Assembly: GCA_963665095.1 (NCBI GenBank) | Contig: OY762069.1 | Location: forward strand, 768,001-832,000 | DNA: 64,000 bases | Direction: 5' to 3' | Origin: an uncultured Desulfobacter sp. | GTDB lineage: Bacteria; Desulfobacterota; Desulfobacteria; Desulfobacterales; Desulfobacteraceae | Part shown: one piece after another, positions 38,249 to 48,991 of the stretch | How positions within the stretch are numbered: position 1 is the first letter of the stretch | Layout of the letters: every line of letters begins with the position of its first letter | Made by a program: the position numbers and the translations under genes | Notes under the pieces: model-generated | Database searches by the model: none | The model's input: the letters and a program-made list of their open reading frames with translations, nothing else | Told to the model about the DNA's origin: nothing

Positions 38249-38584
38249 TGGTGTGCAAGAATGCGTTTTACCTGATTCTGACCATTAGCCAACCACCGAA
38301 AATCACAAAAAAGATACCGTTTATCATCATTTTGTTGACCCAAGGACGTGTATTTAATACCTGAATTTGTACTAGGTTATTTTATAAAGTGTAAACATGA
38401 CTATTTTTATGACATTGCTATGCGGACAATACGTTGAATTAATGAAAAATTAATAATTTTCATTTTAGACATGCAATATAATGAAAAAATTATTATCAGT
38501 TTATTTTTTTTAAAGAATACGTTATGAATAACTAACCTGTATAAGGTTTATTCAATATCGCTTTTGGAGATTAATACATAAAAA

Positions 38585-39763
38585 ATGGATTGGCGTCAGT
38601 TAGATATCGAATTCCAGGTTTCTGAAGATCCGGGATTGGGAACCCTTGATCCACGGTTTGTTGAGATCGCCGGAATGATTCAGGAGAGTAATTTCTCTGC
38701 TGCGGCCCGGCAGGCCCAGGAGGTTATTGAGGAAGAAATATACGATATCAGGATTATCAGTTACTTTCTCTACGGGGTTTTCGATGAACAGGGGCCAGGC
38801 TCTCTTTACGGTATTTTAAAGGTATTATCCAATGTGCTTACCCAGAACTGGGATGCCGTCGGCCCTTTAAAAAATCGCGAAAAGCAAGTAAAAAACAGTT
38901 TAACCTGGTTTTTCAAGCAGACAAATAAAGTGCTGGAAACACAGGAGAAAAAAGAAGGCCCGGAATGGGGAAAATGGCTTAGTGAAACGGCTTCAGACGA
39001 TATACATGAAGCCATTGAAATGGGGAACGATTTCAAGGCAAATGCAGGCCGTACCCTTGAAGATCACGCCTCAGCGATTATTGATCAGGTGGCCAGGACC
39101 CTGGCATGGCTTGACAGTTTTTACCGACTGATTTACCAGGAAGAGCCTGATGCAAGTGAAGAGGAAGAGGCTGATTTTGATTCGGAGGAAGATGCCGATG
39201 ACCCTGAATCGCCGGACGCCTTCGAAGAAGATACAAGGCCTTACACCAATGAGCAGTCTGCTGCAGGGGGATCATGGCCTGGTGTTGGTCAGGCAGACAA
39301 CACAGGCGGCGGCTCATATTTGCTCCAGCAGCTTATCAGGAAGATGGCCCTGTTTGAGCGCCTTCTTGCAGAAAATAAAAATACCGGTGCGGCCCTGGTG
39401 GCTGATGACATCAATAATATTCTGGCTGATTTTGACCCCCAGGTCTATTTCCCGGAAATTTTTTCCGGTTTTGCCATGCAGTACGCATTGAATGTCGAAA
39501 AAATACTTCCCTTTCAGGGATGCCAGAATTCACCGGTGTGGCAGGCCGCAGACAACCTCTACCGGGTAGATATGGAGCGTTTTGCTGCAATGAATAATGG
39601 ATTCCACAATCAGGAACCAGACGCCTTTGCCAGGTCTGACTCATATGCACAAGAAGATGCCGGTAACCCAACTAGCTACAATCAGGATAACTATAATCAG
39701 GATCAAAACGGTTACGATGTTGAAGAGGATTATTATGGGGAAGATGAGGATGACGACTTTTAA
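38585..39763 (+). CDS. T6SS TssA/IglI-like protein with acidic linker and tail
   Basis: ImpA-N-like DPRF..I, YDIRI and NWDAVGP; Asp/Glu-rich linker; small C-terminal domain. Confidence 0.6.
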   Translation: MDWRQLDIEFQVSEDPGLGTLDPRFVEIAGMIQESNFSAAARQAQEVIEEEIYDIRIISYFLYGVFDEQGPGSLYGILKVLSNVLTQNWDAVGPLKNREKQVKNSLTWFFKQTNKVLETQEKKEGPEWGKWLSETASDDIHEAIEMGNDFKANAGRTLEDHASAIIDQVARTLAWLDSFYRLIYQEEPDASEEEEADFDSEEDADDPESPDAFEEDTRPYTNEQSAAGGSWPGVGQADNTGGGSYLLQQLIRKMALFERLLAENKNTGAALVADDINNILADFDPQVYFPEIFSGFAMQYALNVEKILPFQGCQNSPVWQAADNLYRVDMERFAAMNNGFHNQEPDAFARSDSYAQEDAGNPTSYNQDNYNQDQNGYDVEEDYYGEDEDDDF

Positions 39764-39904
39764 TCATGACATTTTTTTAAAATTTCATGGCTGCTTTTCA
39801 GTCGTGTTCTAATTTTCATGGTTGTATTTCCAATGTTATCTGCAGGTTGATCTATGGCTGACAATATCTATAGGCCTGCAATATATTAGGACGTAAGCTA
39901 TATT

Positions 39905-40414
39905 ATGAATTGTAAAGGCTGTGGTAAAGAAATTTGTGGCGATGATTTCCGGAAAGTCGCAGACTGGTATTTTTGCCAGGACTGCTTTCAGGGGCTTATG
40001 CAGCCTTCTGATTCAGACACTGAATCCGGTGCCTCTCAGGATGCCAGCGGGGCAGGGGGGCATGATGCTTTGTCCGATACTGAAAACAGCCAGATTTCGA
40101 GACAAAATGTGAAAAAAAAGAGTTGCGAAGTCTGCCAGGCTGAATTAGAGGAAGGTAGCGGGAAAAAGTTAGGCATCTGGCTGCTTTGCGATACCTGCTT
40201 CAACGATATGAATGCCTCAGTAAGACCAGATACCCCTGAGCCGGAGAGCGCTGAGGCGGATCTTGAGGAAGAGACAGATGAAACAGACAGCCGTCCCCCC
40301 GTTGATATGAATAAAACCATTCCATGCCATTCCTGCGGTCGCGTAATACTGGCGGTTGGAGCCAAAGAAGAAGATGGGCAGTATTTTTGCCCGGATTGCT
40401 ACTACAAAAAATAA
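39905..40414 (+). CDS. Hypothetical protein with three CxxC-CxxC zinc ribbons
   Basis: CKGC..FCQDC, CEVC..LCDTC and CHSC..FCPDC separated by acidic linkers. Confidence 0.75.
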   Translation: MNCKGCGKEICGDDFRKVADWYFCQDCFQGLMQPSDSDTESGASQDASGAGGHDALSDTENSQISRQNVKKKSCEVCQAELEEGSGKKLGIWLLCDTCFNDMNASVRPDTPEPESAEADLEEETDETDSRPPVDMNKTIPCHSCGRVILAVGAKEEDGQYFCPDCYYKK

Positions 40415-40514
40415 CATGTGCTTAAGATTTACCTCTTAAGTTACCTCGGTTGACCGTAATTTCATAATAGCTTGAAACAGCGGCCGGCTGTAAATTTTTA
40501 ACAGAGGACAATTT

Positions 40515-42164
40515 ATGTTTTCTGAAACCCTGGAAATAAGCCTCTCGCTGGAAATTAGTGGCAAGTTATGCGAGATCCCCGGAGGTAACGTTCAGTTGTT
40601 TGAACTTGATCTTTATCCTTATGGATTCAGGGGGCGGGTTGGATTTGGTGTTCTTTTGGATGCAACTGAGGTGGATGAGCTGTTTGAACCATTTATTACC
40701 CATGATCTGATAACCGTTCAATTTCAGGTCAACCGGACAGACGACCTGCTTGACGATTCACCCAAGCCAGTTTCCGTTAAAGGTCTTGTAACGGAAAAGT
40801 CCATGAGAGAGACGGAATATAAAGAGGTGAAAAAGGAAAAGGTCCTGTGCCGATATTATGAAGTCTGGTTCCAGGATGGCCCCAGCATGTTGTGGCGCCA
40901 GCACTATCCTGTGGCGCTTTATACAGAGAAGACCATAGCCGATGTAGTTAAGGAACAGGTTGCTGAAAATATTTTATTTGAGATTGAAAAAGGTATCCTG
41001 GAAGATATGCCGGATATGGTTTTTCTCGGGCTGGAAAAACGGATTGAGGGACCCTGTTTTTATGATTTTTTGATGTGGTTGTCATGGTTCAGAAGTGTTG
41101 TTCCGGTTTATGATTACGAAGCTCAAAAACTCAAACTGATCAAGACAAAAAAAGACGCAGACTTAACAGGGGAGGTGGACAATTTCCTTTACCCCAATGA
41201 GGTGGATGATATTTTGATTCAGTTTCCGGAGACAGTCCGGCATGATACGCGGCTTCTTAATGCATATTTCGATCCTGAGATGGCCCAGACCATAGATAAG
41301 TTCCAGGATCAGAAACTGGATTACAGCCAGGCTGCTGAGGGGATTACCCAGGATATTGTTTTAAGGACACCTCGTGAAGAGGACTTAGATAAACGAAAAG
41401 AGCTGGAAACAAATATTTTCAACCTGTTTGAAGAAAAATTGCTTTTTGAGATGGATCAGTTTCCTTCCAGAACCTGCCTGATTGGTTACATGCTGAAACT
41501 GGATGAAAATCACTGGGCCAAGGATCGGTTTATTTTTGGTAAAAAATACAGGGTGTATGAAATCCATATGTCTGGGAAAGCTGAAGATGAGAACCTGTCG
41601 GGAAACTACAACAACGAATATGCCAAATACAATATGGAAATGAGTATCCGCCTGGAACCGGAAACATGCCCTCAGATCCACTTTCCAACCTTTAAATCCC
41701 CCAATTATCCAGTTTTTGTGGAAGGAAAAATCGTCAGTGAAGTGGGGGAAGAGACAGATAAAACCTATCAGTTTTACAATAACGACACCACATCCCAGGA
41801 TGAATACACCGTTTATGTGCCATTGTGGGATTTGAATATCAAGGCACCGTTTGTTCCAGGTATTTTTACCGGCCATTTTTATTTTCCCGCATTCAGAGAT
41901 GCCCGGGTTTTACTGGCGCTCTATTTTGACCATGCCGAAATATTGCGCTTTCTAGACTGGGGCCAGGGATCCAGGCTTCCCATGGATACCCAGGGCAACC
42001 ATATTCTGTTCGGCAAAAATGCTGACAGCCAGACCTCAATGCGGCATGTGTATGATAACGGCAAGCCCGAACTGACCATTGAACGGACCAGTGACAAGGA
42101 CACGGAGCTGATTCAGATCAAGGAAGAAACCATTATCATTCAAACCAGGGATAAGGAAGAATAA
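40515..42164 (+). CDS. VgrG-hub / PdpA-like protein (gp27-like plus OB-fold, no needle)
   Basis: C-terminal VEGKIVS..GHFYFPAFRDARVLLAL resembles the VgrG OB-fold; protein ends without a long beta-helix; position upstream of TssM-like gene. Confidence 0.6.
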   Translation: MFSETLEISLSLEISGKLCEIPGGNVQLFELDLYPYGFRGRVGFGVLLDATEVDELFEPFITHDLITVQFQVNRTDDLLDDSPKPVSVKGLVTEKSMRETEYKEVKKEKVLCRYYEVWFQDGPSMLWRQHYPVALYTEKTIADVVKEQVAENILFEIEKGILEDMPDMVFLGLEKRIEGPCFYDFLMWLSWFRSVVPVYDYEAQKLKLIKTKKDADLTGEVDNFLYPNEVDDILIQFPETVRHDTRLLNAYFDPEMAQTIDKFQDQKLDYSQAAEGITQDIVLRTPREEDLDKRKELETNIFNLFEEKLLFEMDQFPSRTCLIGYMLKLDENHWAKDRFIFGKKYRVYEIHMSGKAEDENLSGNYNNEYAKYNMEMSIRLEPETCPQIHFPTFKSPNYPVFVEGKIVSEVGEETDKTYQFYNNDTTSQDEYTVYVPLWDLNIKAPFVPGIFTGHFYFPAFRDARVLLALYFDHAEILRFLDWGQGSRLPMDTQGNHILFGKNADSQTSMRHVYDNGKPELTIERTSDKDTELIQIKEETIIIQTRDKEE

Positions 42165-42259
42165 GGCTGCCTTAAGTGAAAAGGCCATGTATGCAACTAA
42201 AATTTAAGAAAATATAGAAATCATCATGTACGTTAATTAATTACAGATGGAGGAACGCC

Positions 42260-44860
42260 GTGATAATTGAAAATTTTTCAATGAAAGCCCAGGGTGCCAT
42301 TGAAAGTGCCTGTCGTCTGGCCGTTAAAAAAGAACATCAGAATGTCACCCCCTGGCACATGCTGGCCGGGATACTTGAATTTGAGCAGGGCAAGGCTGTG
42401 GCGCCCCTGTTCGAGAGTGCCGGTGTGGATGCGTCGTCCCTTGAAAACCGGATCAATTCCCATCTGTTAACCCTTGCCAAGGCCTCTTCCGACAGCCAGG
42501 AAACGCCCATGAACCGTGAGCTGGAAAAAATATTTATCCGGGCGGAAGAGGAGGTGGATGCCTCAGGGGATAAATATATCGGCATGAGCCATATCCTTCT
42601 GGCCATGCTGGAGAACAAAGACATTGCAGAGGCTTTTCAGGAAGCCGGTGCCGGCAAGGAGGCCTTTTCAAAGGCATTAAAGGAAGGTGGAAAGGGGTTT
42701 GGCAAAGGCGGCAAGCTGTCCCAGGATTTTGAATATCTCAACACCTATACCACGGATCTGACGGCCCGGGCCAGGGAAGGCGGGTTTGACCCCATTATCG
42801 GCCGGGACAATGACATCCAGCTCATTGTCCAGGTATTAAGCCGCAGAATTAAAAGCAACCCGGTGGTCATTGGCGAGCCTGGTGTGGGGAAAACAGCCAT
42901 TGTGGAGGGCCTGGCCCAGCGCATTGCAAAAAAAGAGGTGCCCAAGGATCTGGAAAATGTCACCATCCTGGCCCTGGATATGGGCCAGCTTCTGGCTGGG
43001 GCCAAATTCAGGGGCGAGTTTGAAGAGCGCTTCAAACGGGTGATCCAGGAGATCACCGATGCCGGGGATATCATTTTATATATTGACGAGCTTCACATGA
43101 TTGTCGGCGCCGGCGGTGGTTCAGAAGGGGCCATGGATGCGGCCAACCTGCTGAAACCCGCACTGTCCAGAGGCGAGATCCGGTGCATGGGCTCCACCAC
43201 CCTGGAAGAGTATCGCAAGTATATTGAAAAGGATACGGCCCTGATGCGACGGTTTCAGACGGTCATGGTGGCAGAACCCACGGTGGATGAAACCCTGACC
43301 ATTCTTCGGGGCATCAAGGAAAAATATGAAATGCACCACGGTGTCCATATCATGGATTCAGCGCTCACCGCGGCAGCCAAGCTTTCCCACCGCTATATAA
43401 CAGACCGGTTCCTGCCGGATAAAGCCATTGACCTCATCGACCAGACCGCAGCCACAGTCCGTATAGAGCTTGCCTCCAAGCCCAAAGAAATTGAGGCCCT
43501 GGACCGTAAAATTGTCCAGCACAAAATAGAGCTTCGTGCCCTGGAAAATGAGACCGATGAAAAAATGGTCGCAAAAATGGAAGAGACCCGTGCCATCCTG
43601 TCGGAACTTGAAGCGGAAAGCGGGAAACTGACTGAAAAATGGGAAAAAGAGAAAAATGCCATTACTGCCGTTCAGGAAGCTACCAGGGAACTCGAGGCTG
43701 CCAGAAAAGAGTTGGAAGTCAAGATTGCCGAAGAGGATTTCGCCCGGGTGGCCGCCCTGCAGTATAAGGTGATCCCCAAACACGAAAAGATCCTTGAAGA
43801 GTATGCAGATATTGATGTGTCCGATTCAAAATTTGCCGCCAGGGGCATCACGGACCAGGATGTGGCCGGCACCGTGGCTGAACTCACAGGTATCCCTGTC
43901 TCCAAAATGATGGGTGAGGAAAAAGACCGGCTGATTCATCTGGAGGAACATCTGCAGAAACGGGTCAAGGGCCAGGATCACATCACCGAAGTCATTGCCA
44001 AGGCCGTGCGGCGGGCAAGAGCCGGGGTCCAGGATGCCCAGCGCCCCATGGCCTCCTTTCTCATGCTCGGCCCCACCGGCGTGGGCAAAACCGAGCTTGC
44101 CAAGACACTGGCTGAGTTCATGTTCAATGACGAAGCCGCCATGATCCGTTTTGACATGAGCGAATTTATGGAAAAACACTCTGTGGCACGGCTGGTGGGA
44201 GCCCCTCCCGGATATGTGGGCTATGATGAAGGCGGCCTTCTGACCAACAAAGTTCGGCGCAAACCCTATTCCGTTATTTTGTTTGACGAGGTGGAAAAAG
44301 CCCATCCTGATGTGTTTAACCTCTTCCTTCAGCTTTTTGACGACGGAAGGCTCTCAGACAGCCAGGGTCAGGTGATTAATTTCACCAATACCATTGTGAT
44401 TATGACATCCAACCTGGGTGCAGATCATATTGCCCCGGTTGAAACCGAGGAAGAGGAAAAGGCCATGAATCAGGCGGTGATGGAGGCTGTCCGTTCCCAT
44501 TTCCGGCCAGAATTTCTGAACCGGCTGGATGATATTCTCATGTTCAAACAGCTCACCATGGAGGTGATGAAGCCCATCGTCAATATCCAGCTTGCAAGGC
44601 TTGAAAAACTTCTGGCCGATAAACAGATCAGTCTTCATGTGGCAGAGGAGGCCAAGGAGCTTCTGGCAAAGGAAGGCTATAATCCGTTATATGGTGCAAG
44701 GCCTTTGAAACGCGTGATTCAGAGCCGTCTGCAGGATCTTCTGGCAGAAAAAATTATTCAGGAGGAGATCAAAGAAGACCAGACTGTGTACGTATCAACC
44801 CAGGATGACGATCTTGTGATTAACACGGATGAACCCGCGGAATCGGAAGAAATTCAGTAA
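42260..44860 (+). CDS. clpB: ClpB-type AAA+ ATPase inside the T6SS cluster (TssH role)
   Basis: Clp-N domain, GEPGVGKT and GPTGVGKT, coiled-coil M domain ending ALQYKVIP, no IGF loop; stop overlaps the next start (TAATG). Confidence 0.85.
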   Translation: MIIENFSMKAQGAIESACRLAVKKEHQNVTPWHMLAGILEFEQGKAVAPLFESAGVDASSLENRINSHLLTLAKASSDSQETPMNRELEKIFIRAEEEVDASGDKYIGMSHILLAMLENKDIAEAFQEAGAGKEAFSKALKEGGKGFGKGGKLSQDFEYLNTYTTDLTARAREGGFDPIIGRDNDIQLIVQVLSRRIKSNPVVIGEPGVGKTAIVEGLAQRIAKKEVPKDLENVTILALDMGQLLAGAKFRGEFEERFKRVIQEITDAGDIILYIDELHMIVGAGGGSEGAMDAANLLKPALSRGEIRCMGSTTLEEYRKYIEKDTALMRRFQTVMVAEPTVDETLTILRGIKEKYEMHHGVHIMDSALTAAAKLSHRYITDRFLPDKAIDLIDQTAATVRIELASKPKEIEALDRKIVQHKIELRALENETDEKMVAKMEETRAILSELEAESGKLTEKWEKEKNAITAVQEATRELEAARKELEVKIAEEDFARVAALQYKVIPKHEKILEEYADIDVSDSKFAARGITDQDVAGTVAELTGIPVSKMMGEEKDRLIHLEEHLQKRVKGQDHITEVIAKAVRRARAGVQDAQRPMASFLMLGPTGVGKTELAKTLAEFMFNDEAAMIRFDMSEFMEKHSVARLVGAPPGYVGYDEGGLLTNKVRRKPYSVILFDEVEKAHPDVFNLFLQLFDDGRLSDSQGQVINFTNTIVIMTSNLGADHIAPVETEEEEKAMNQAVMEAVRSHFRPEFLNRLDDILMFKQLTMEVMKPIVNIQLARLEKLLADKQISLHVAEEAKELLAKEGYNPLYGARPLKRVIQSRLQDLLAEKIIQEEIKEDQTVYVSTQDDDLVINTDEPAESEEIQ

Positions 44861-47800
44861 TGAAACTGATAAAAAAAATATTTGCCAATCCTTACGTCAA
44901 AAAGGTATTGCCCTCAGATCCCTGGGTGCTGGCAGCGGTGATCGCCGTTGCCATTCTTCTGGGACTACTGATTTACCTGATTATAAAGCGCAGGAAAAAG
45001 GCAAAGGATCCGGCACCTGAAGCAAAGGAAAAGCAGGATTTTCTCAAACCCAACAGCCTGGTTCGTGTGTGGAAGAATTTTTTAAGGGATGTGCCTGTCC
45101 GTTTCAGGCGGTCCATACTCATGTACCAGCCATATATTGTCATGGGTGAGGCCGGCTCCGGTAAAAGCCAGCTCATTAACAACTATTCCGACTGGAAAAA
45201 TCAGGCCAATCAGTTCTATCCCAGCCGCACCCAGGACGATCTGCTGCAGATTTACCTGGGGTCAAGGGTGCTTGTGCAGGAGATATCTGCTGTCCTGCTC
45301 CACGATATTTCTGCCCCCACAAGAAAGGCACTTGTTAACCTGTGGAAACGGTTCAGACATAAAAACAACCTGACAGTTGTCATTACCCTGAAAGGCGAAG
45401 ATCTGATCCATAAAGACCCTGATGAATTCAAGGCCCAGGCCCAGATGCTCCGGGGTAAGGTCAATGTCTTATCTGAGATCATCAGGCAGCCTGTTAAAGT
45501 TAAAATTGCACTGACGTTTATGAACAGGGTGCAGGGGTTTTCTGAATTCTCAGCATTTATGAATAAAAACCAGGCCCCCTTTGAGTTTGATATCAAAAGC
45601 CAGGGTGATTTAAAGGGCCTGGCAAATTTAATGGCCCCCTACGACGCCTTTATTTCCAACGCCCTGGTGTCGGCACCAGCAAAGGATTACCTGAATATCC
45701 TGGCGTTTTACCGGAAGGCGCCCAAACTTTTGGCCGGACTGGAACGGTTTATTCACACGTTTACAGACCCGGAGCCTTTGTCTGTCTCCCCGCAGATCTG
45801 CGGTGTGTTTTTTACAGACGATTCCCCCCTTGAGGACAGGCCCTATTCCAATCCTTTGCAGAATCAGGTCTCCATTAAAACTGTCCGGGAATACCATCCC
45901 TTAAGAAAACATCAGTGGATTGCGGCCGGCATTGCGATTGCCGGTACCCTGTTTCTCGCGTTTTCATATACATATAAAGACCGGCAGGTTCGTGAGATGA
46001 TGGACAGCCTGGACCGTATCAGTTTTGATGCAATAAAGACCGGTGCCCCGGTCAGCAGGGATACCTGCCTGGCCCAGGCAGAACTGCTGATGTCAAATAT
46101 GGAGAAACTGTCTGCCCGGAAACTGGATGACCGGTTTATTGTTGATTTTTTCCCGGACGCCAAAGACAGGATTGATAGGCGGGTTGCCCGGACCAGGCAC
46201 TCCCTGCAGGAACAGTTGATTAAAAGAGTATTTATGCCGGAACTTGTGTTGCTTGAGAACCGGCCGGATGCCCATAACAAAAACCTGATGTTACTGGGCT
46301 TAATCTATGCGTCAGGCACCAATCAGCTCGGAAAACTTATTGAGAACAACCTTAATCTCTGGTGCCGGATCTGCAATCTGCCTGAAACGGTTATTTCCGA
46401 ATATATCCGGCTGAACCCGCGCGCATGGGACAGAAAAATAAGCATCCAGGGATTTCTCAAACCGGCAGCAGGAACAGCCGAGACCATTAAAAATCAGTCC
46501 TGGGTGCTGTTTCTTAAAAAAATTGAAAAAGTGATCAACCAGACCCATGTCAGTCCAAGAAATCTGGCCCGGCTTCAAAAACAGGCAGCGTCACACTGGA
46601 CTGAAGTTGAAGAGAGTCTGACCGCTGACTGGTTTGCCAAGGTGTCAACACTGTTATCCAGGGAAACGGTTTTAGCAGATGATATGCAGTCATTGGAATC
46701 ATCCGTCAGTAAAAACGATTTAGGGCGGTTCCAGACATTTTTAGCCTATTTCCAGGGCCTGGCCATTGTCTACCCCGATGTGGCGCATATGACCATTGCC
46801 CAGCTTTTCGAGCGGCTTGAAGGAATGATGGCGTTTAAAAGTCCGGATAAGGAAGAATTCCAGTTCCGGGTCAATGAACAGTCCTGGTATTTTAACTCGG
46901 ACGACTTCACCCTGCTTATGACCAAGAGCAGTATGGTTCAACTGTTAGGTGAATACGTCGCCACCCACGGCCGTCATCCCGGACTTGCCTTTTTCCAGGA
47001 CCGGGAGGGATATGAAGATCTTGTGGTGGATATATCATCGGATGATAATTTTTATTTTTCCAAACGCACGGTGATTGACGGGCGATATACCCGGGATGTA
47101 TATGATTCCGAAATCAAACCCATACTTTCCGAGCTGCCGGCCCTTCTGGATAAACTGCCGGTGAGCCGGGCTGATAAAGGCCATTTTTCAAGTTTTATGT
47201 CCAGGGAGGTGGCGGCCTATATTAACGCCTATCTTTCTGCCTATGAGAACTATTATAAAGGATTTCGCATCCATGCGGATTCTGTGGGAGAGCTGCGGTA
47301 TATGCTGACCCAGATGAGCCTGCCTCTATCCCAGTTCCAGGAATTTTTAATGGTTATCAATGATAATATATCCCTGGATCTCGGAGACAACTCCTATTTC
47401 AGTCTGATTAAAAACAGGATGCGTCCCTTACGGTTTATCTCTTTGCTCATGCAGGCAGACAAAGATCAATATCCTGAGTTTGAAAAGTATAAAGCCATTT
47501 TAAGACAGATCAATGAAGACCTGGTGGCCCAGGATGCACCGGAAGAGGCAACTGAAGAAAACGGGGAGGACCTTCAACTGCTGAAGTCGCGCCTGTCTGC
47601 CGTGGGAAGGATCAGCCTTGATATTTTTCTGGACAGGCCTGAATCCTATTATAAAATGGTCAGAAAATGGTCCGTAAGTGTGGGGATTCCTGAAAATTGG
47701 CTTTATCCTTTTACCGAGCCTGTGATTCAGGCATATCTCATCGGTCGGGAGCAGATCGAAAAAAGCGTTGCCGGTCAGTGGCAGACCCTGTCCCGGACCT

Positions 47801-48471
47801 ATATTGACCCGGTTTTAGCCTGCTTTCCATTTAATCCGGACAGTCCCACGCCCGTTTCTTTGGCGGCAATGACCGCCCTTGCATCGCCAAACAAGGACTT
47901 CTGGAGCAGGTTTTCAAGCGGAATTCGTCCTTTTTATAAAAAAGGGCCTGACAATAAATGGAAGGCCCGGACCTTTGACAAAGGCCGTTTGAACCTGCCC
48001 GGCGAAATTGTCCCACGGATCAATTTCATCAGCACGCTGACCCGGACCTTTTTTGATGAAAACGGCCTGCCTGCACCGCTTTATTTGTCTGTCAAACCCG
48101 AACCTCTGCCACCGGTTGAGGAAGATATGCTGTTTGTGGTGCTGTCATATCTTAGATCCGGAGAAAATACGGTTTTTGGCTTTAATCAGCAGCCTGTCTG
48201 GAACAAGCTCAAGCTTCCATGGTGGGAAGAGCTCGACGCCAGTGTCGGGGCGGAATTCATGAAGAAACTGGATAAACCGGAAAAAAGTTACGCACAGGTC
48301 AGTGTACCCCGCTCTTTTTTCAGTTTTTACAGACTGCTGCAAAAAGCGGATACGTCTGAACCCGGGAAGTGGATGTGGGCCATTGAAAGTCCGGGTGAGG
48401 TGCCCTGGAAGCGGGCCATTACATTTACCATAAAACAGGACCCATGGGCGTTTTTTAAACCGGCAGAATAA
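44860..48471 (+). CDS. tssM: TssM/IcmF/PdpB-like membrane-complex protein
   Basis: N-terminal TM, Walker A GEAGSGKS, second TM (WIAAGIAIAGTLFLAF), large periplasmic part with CFPFNPDS. Confidence 0.75.
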   Translation: MKLIKKIFANPYVKKVLPSDPWVLAAVIAVAILLGLLIYLIIKRRKKAKDPAPEAKEKQDFLKPNSLVRVWKNFLRDVPVRFRRSILMYQPYIVMGEAGSGKSQLINNYSDWKNQANQFYPSRTQDDLLQIYLGSRVLVQEISAVLLHDISAPTRKALVNLWKRFRHKNNLTVVITLKGEDLIHKDPDEFKAQAQMLRGKVNVLSEIIRQPVKVKIALTFMNRVQGFSEFSAFMNKNQAPFEFDIKSQGDLKGLANLMAPYDAFISNALVSAPAKDYLNILAFYRKAPKLLAGLERFIHTFTDPEPLSVSPQICGVFFTDDSPLEDRPYSNPLQNQVSIKTVREYHPLRKHQWIAAGIAIAGTLFLAFSYTYKDRQVREMMDSLDRISFDAIKTGAPVSRDTCLAQAELLMSNMEKLSARKLDDRFIVDFFPDAKDRIDRRVARTRHSLQEQLIKRVFMPELVLLENRPDAHNKNLMLLGLIYASGTNQLGKLIENNLNLWCRICNLPETVISEYIRLNPRAWDRKISIQGFLKPAAGTAETIKNQSWVLFLKKIEKVINQTHVSPRNLARLQKQAASHWTEVEESLTADWFAKVSTLLSRETVLADDMQSLESSVSKNDLGRFQTFLAYFQGLAIVYPDVAHMTIAQLFERLEGMMAFKSPDKEEFQFRVNEQSWYFNSDDFTLLMTKSSMVQLLGEYVATHGRHPGLAFFQDREGYEDLVVDISSDDNFYFSKRTVIDGRYTRDVYDSEIKPILSELPALLDKLPVSRADKGHFSSFMSREVAAYINAYLSAYENYYKGFRIHADSVGELRYMLTQMSLPLSQFQEFLMVINDNISLDLGDNSYFSLIKNRMRPLRFISLLMQADKDQYPEFEKYKAILRQINEDLVAQDAPEEATEENGEDLQLLKSRLSAVGRISLDIFLDRPESYYKMVRKWSVSVGIPENWLYPFTEPVIQAYLIGREQIEKSVAGQWQTLSRTYIDPVLACFPFNPDSPTPVSLAAMTALASPNKDFWSRFSSGIRPFYKKGPDNKWKARTFDKGRLNLPGEIVPRINFISTLTRTFFDENGLPAPLYLSVKPEPLPPVEEDMLFVVLSYLRSGENTVFGFNQQPVWNKLKLPWWEELDASVGAEFMKKLDKPEKSYAQVSVPRSFFSFYRLLQKADTSEPGKWMWAIESPGEVPWKRAITFTIKQDPWAFFKPAE

Positions 48472-48496
48472 ATGCCACTGGAGAGTTAAAATCTAA

Positions 48497-48958
48497 ATGA
48501 AAGTATCCACAACAGTTTACCGCTTACGATGTGCAAAGATGTTCCGGATATCAGGAGCAGTCATGGTGCTGACGTTCATGCTTTTGATAGGCATAGGGTG
48601 CGGGGCAAAGCAGCCGGTGTTGAAATTCCAGGTGAAGTCAGATGAGACAGTTAACAACGGCCAGCCTGTTTATATCGTCATCCGGACGGTTACCCCCAGT
48701 GATTTTGTCTCTCAGGATTATCAGAGTGTGGCCTCCATGGTCATGCAGAACCCTCCGGATAAAACCGTTGTATTCACGCAGCTGATCCTGCCGGACCGCA
48801 AAATTAAATTTAAAGTGAATAAGCCGGATAACCAGTCCCTGGCTGTGTACTGCATGTTTACCGAGCCTGACCCTGCGCAATGGAAGGTGTTTTTACAAAA
48901 ACCCCTTGAAAAGAAATATAAATTTATCCTGGAAGAGAACAATCTATTATTAAAATAG
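48497..48958 (+). CDS. TssJ/IglE-like lipoprotein
   Basis: Lipobox IGIGC; VNNGQPVYIVIR and LAVYCMFTEP..WK; follows the TssM-like gene. Confidence 0.65.
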   Translation: MKVSTTVYRLRCAKMFRISGAVMVLTFMLLIGIGCGAKQPVLKFQVKSDETVNNGQPVYIVIRTVTPSDFVSQDYQSVASMVMQNPPDKTVVFTQLILPDRKIKFKVNKPDNQSLAVYCMFTEPDPAQWKVFLQKPLEKKYKFILEENNLLLK

Positions 48959-48991
48959 TGCCGTTTAAGCCCCCGGAAGGTTAAAAGGACA

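Noticed and set aside
38441..38500. Fur box
   Set aside because: Half-sites resemble the deltaproteobacterial Fur motif, but the spacing is longer than in that consensus as I recall it
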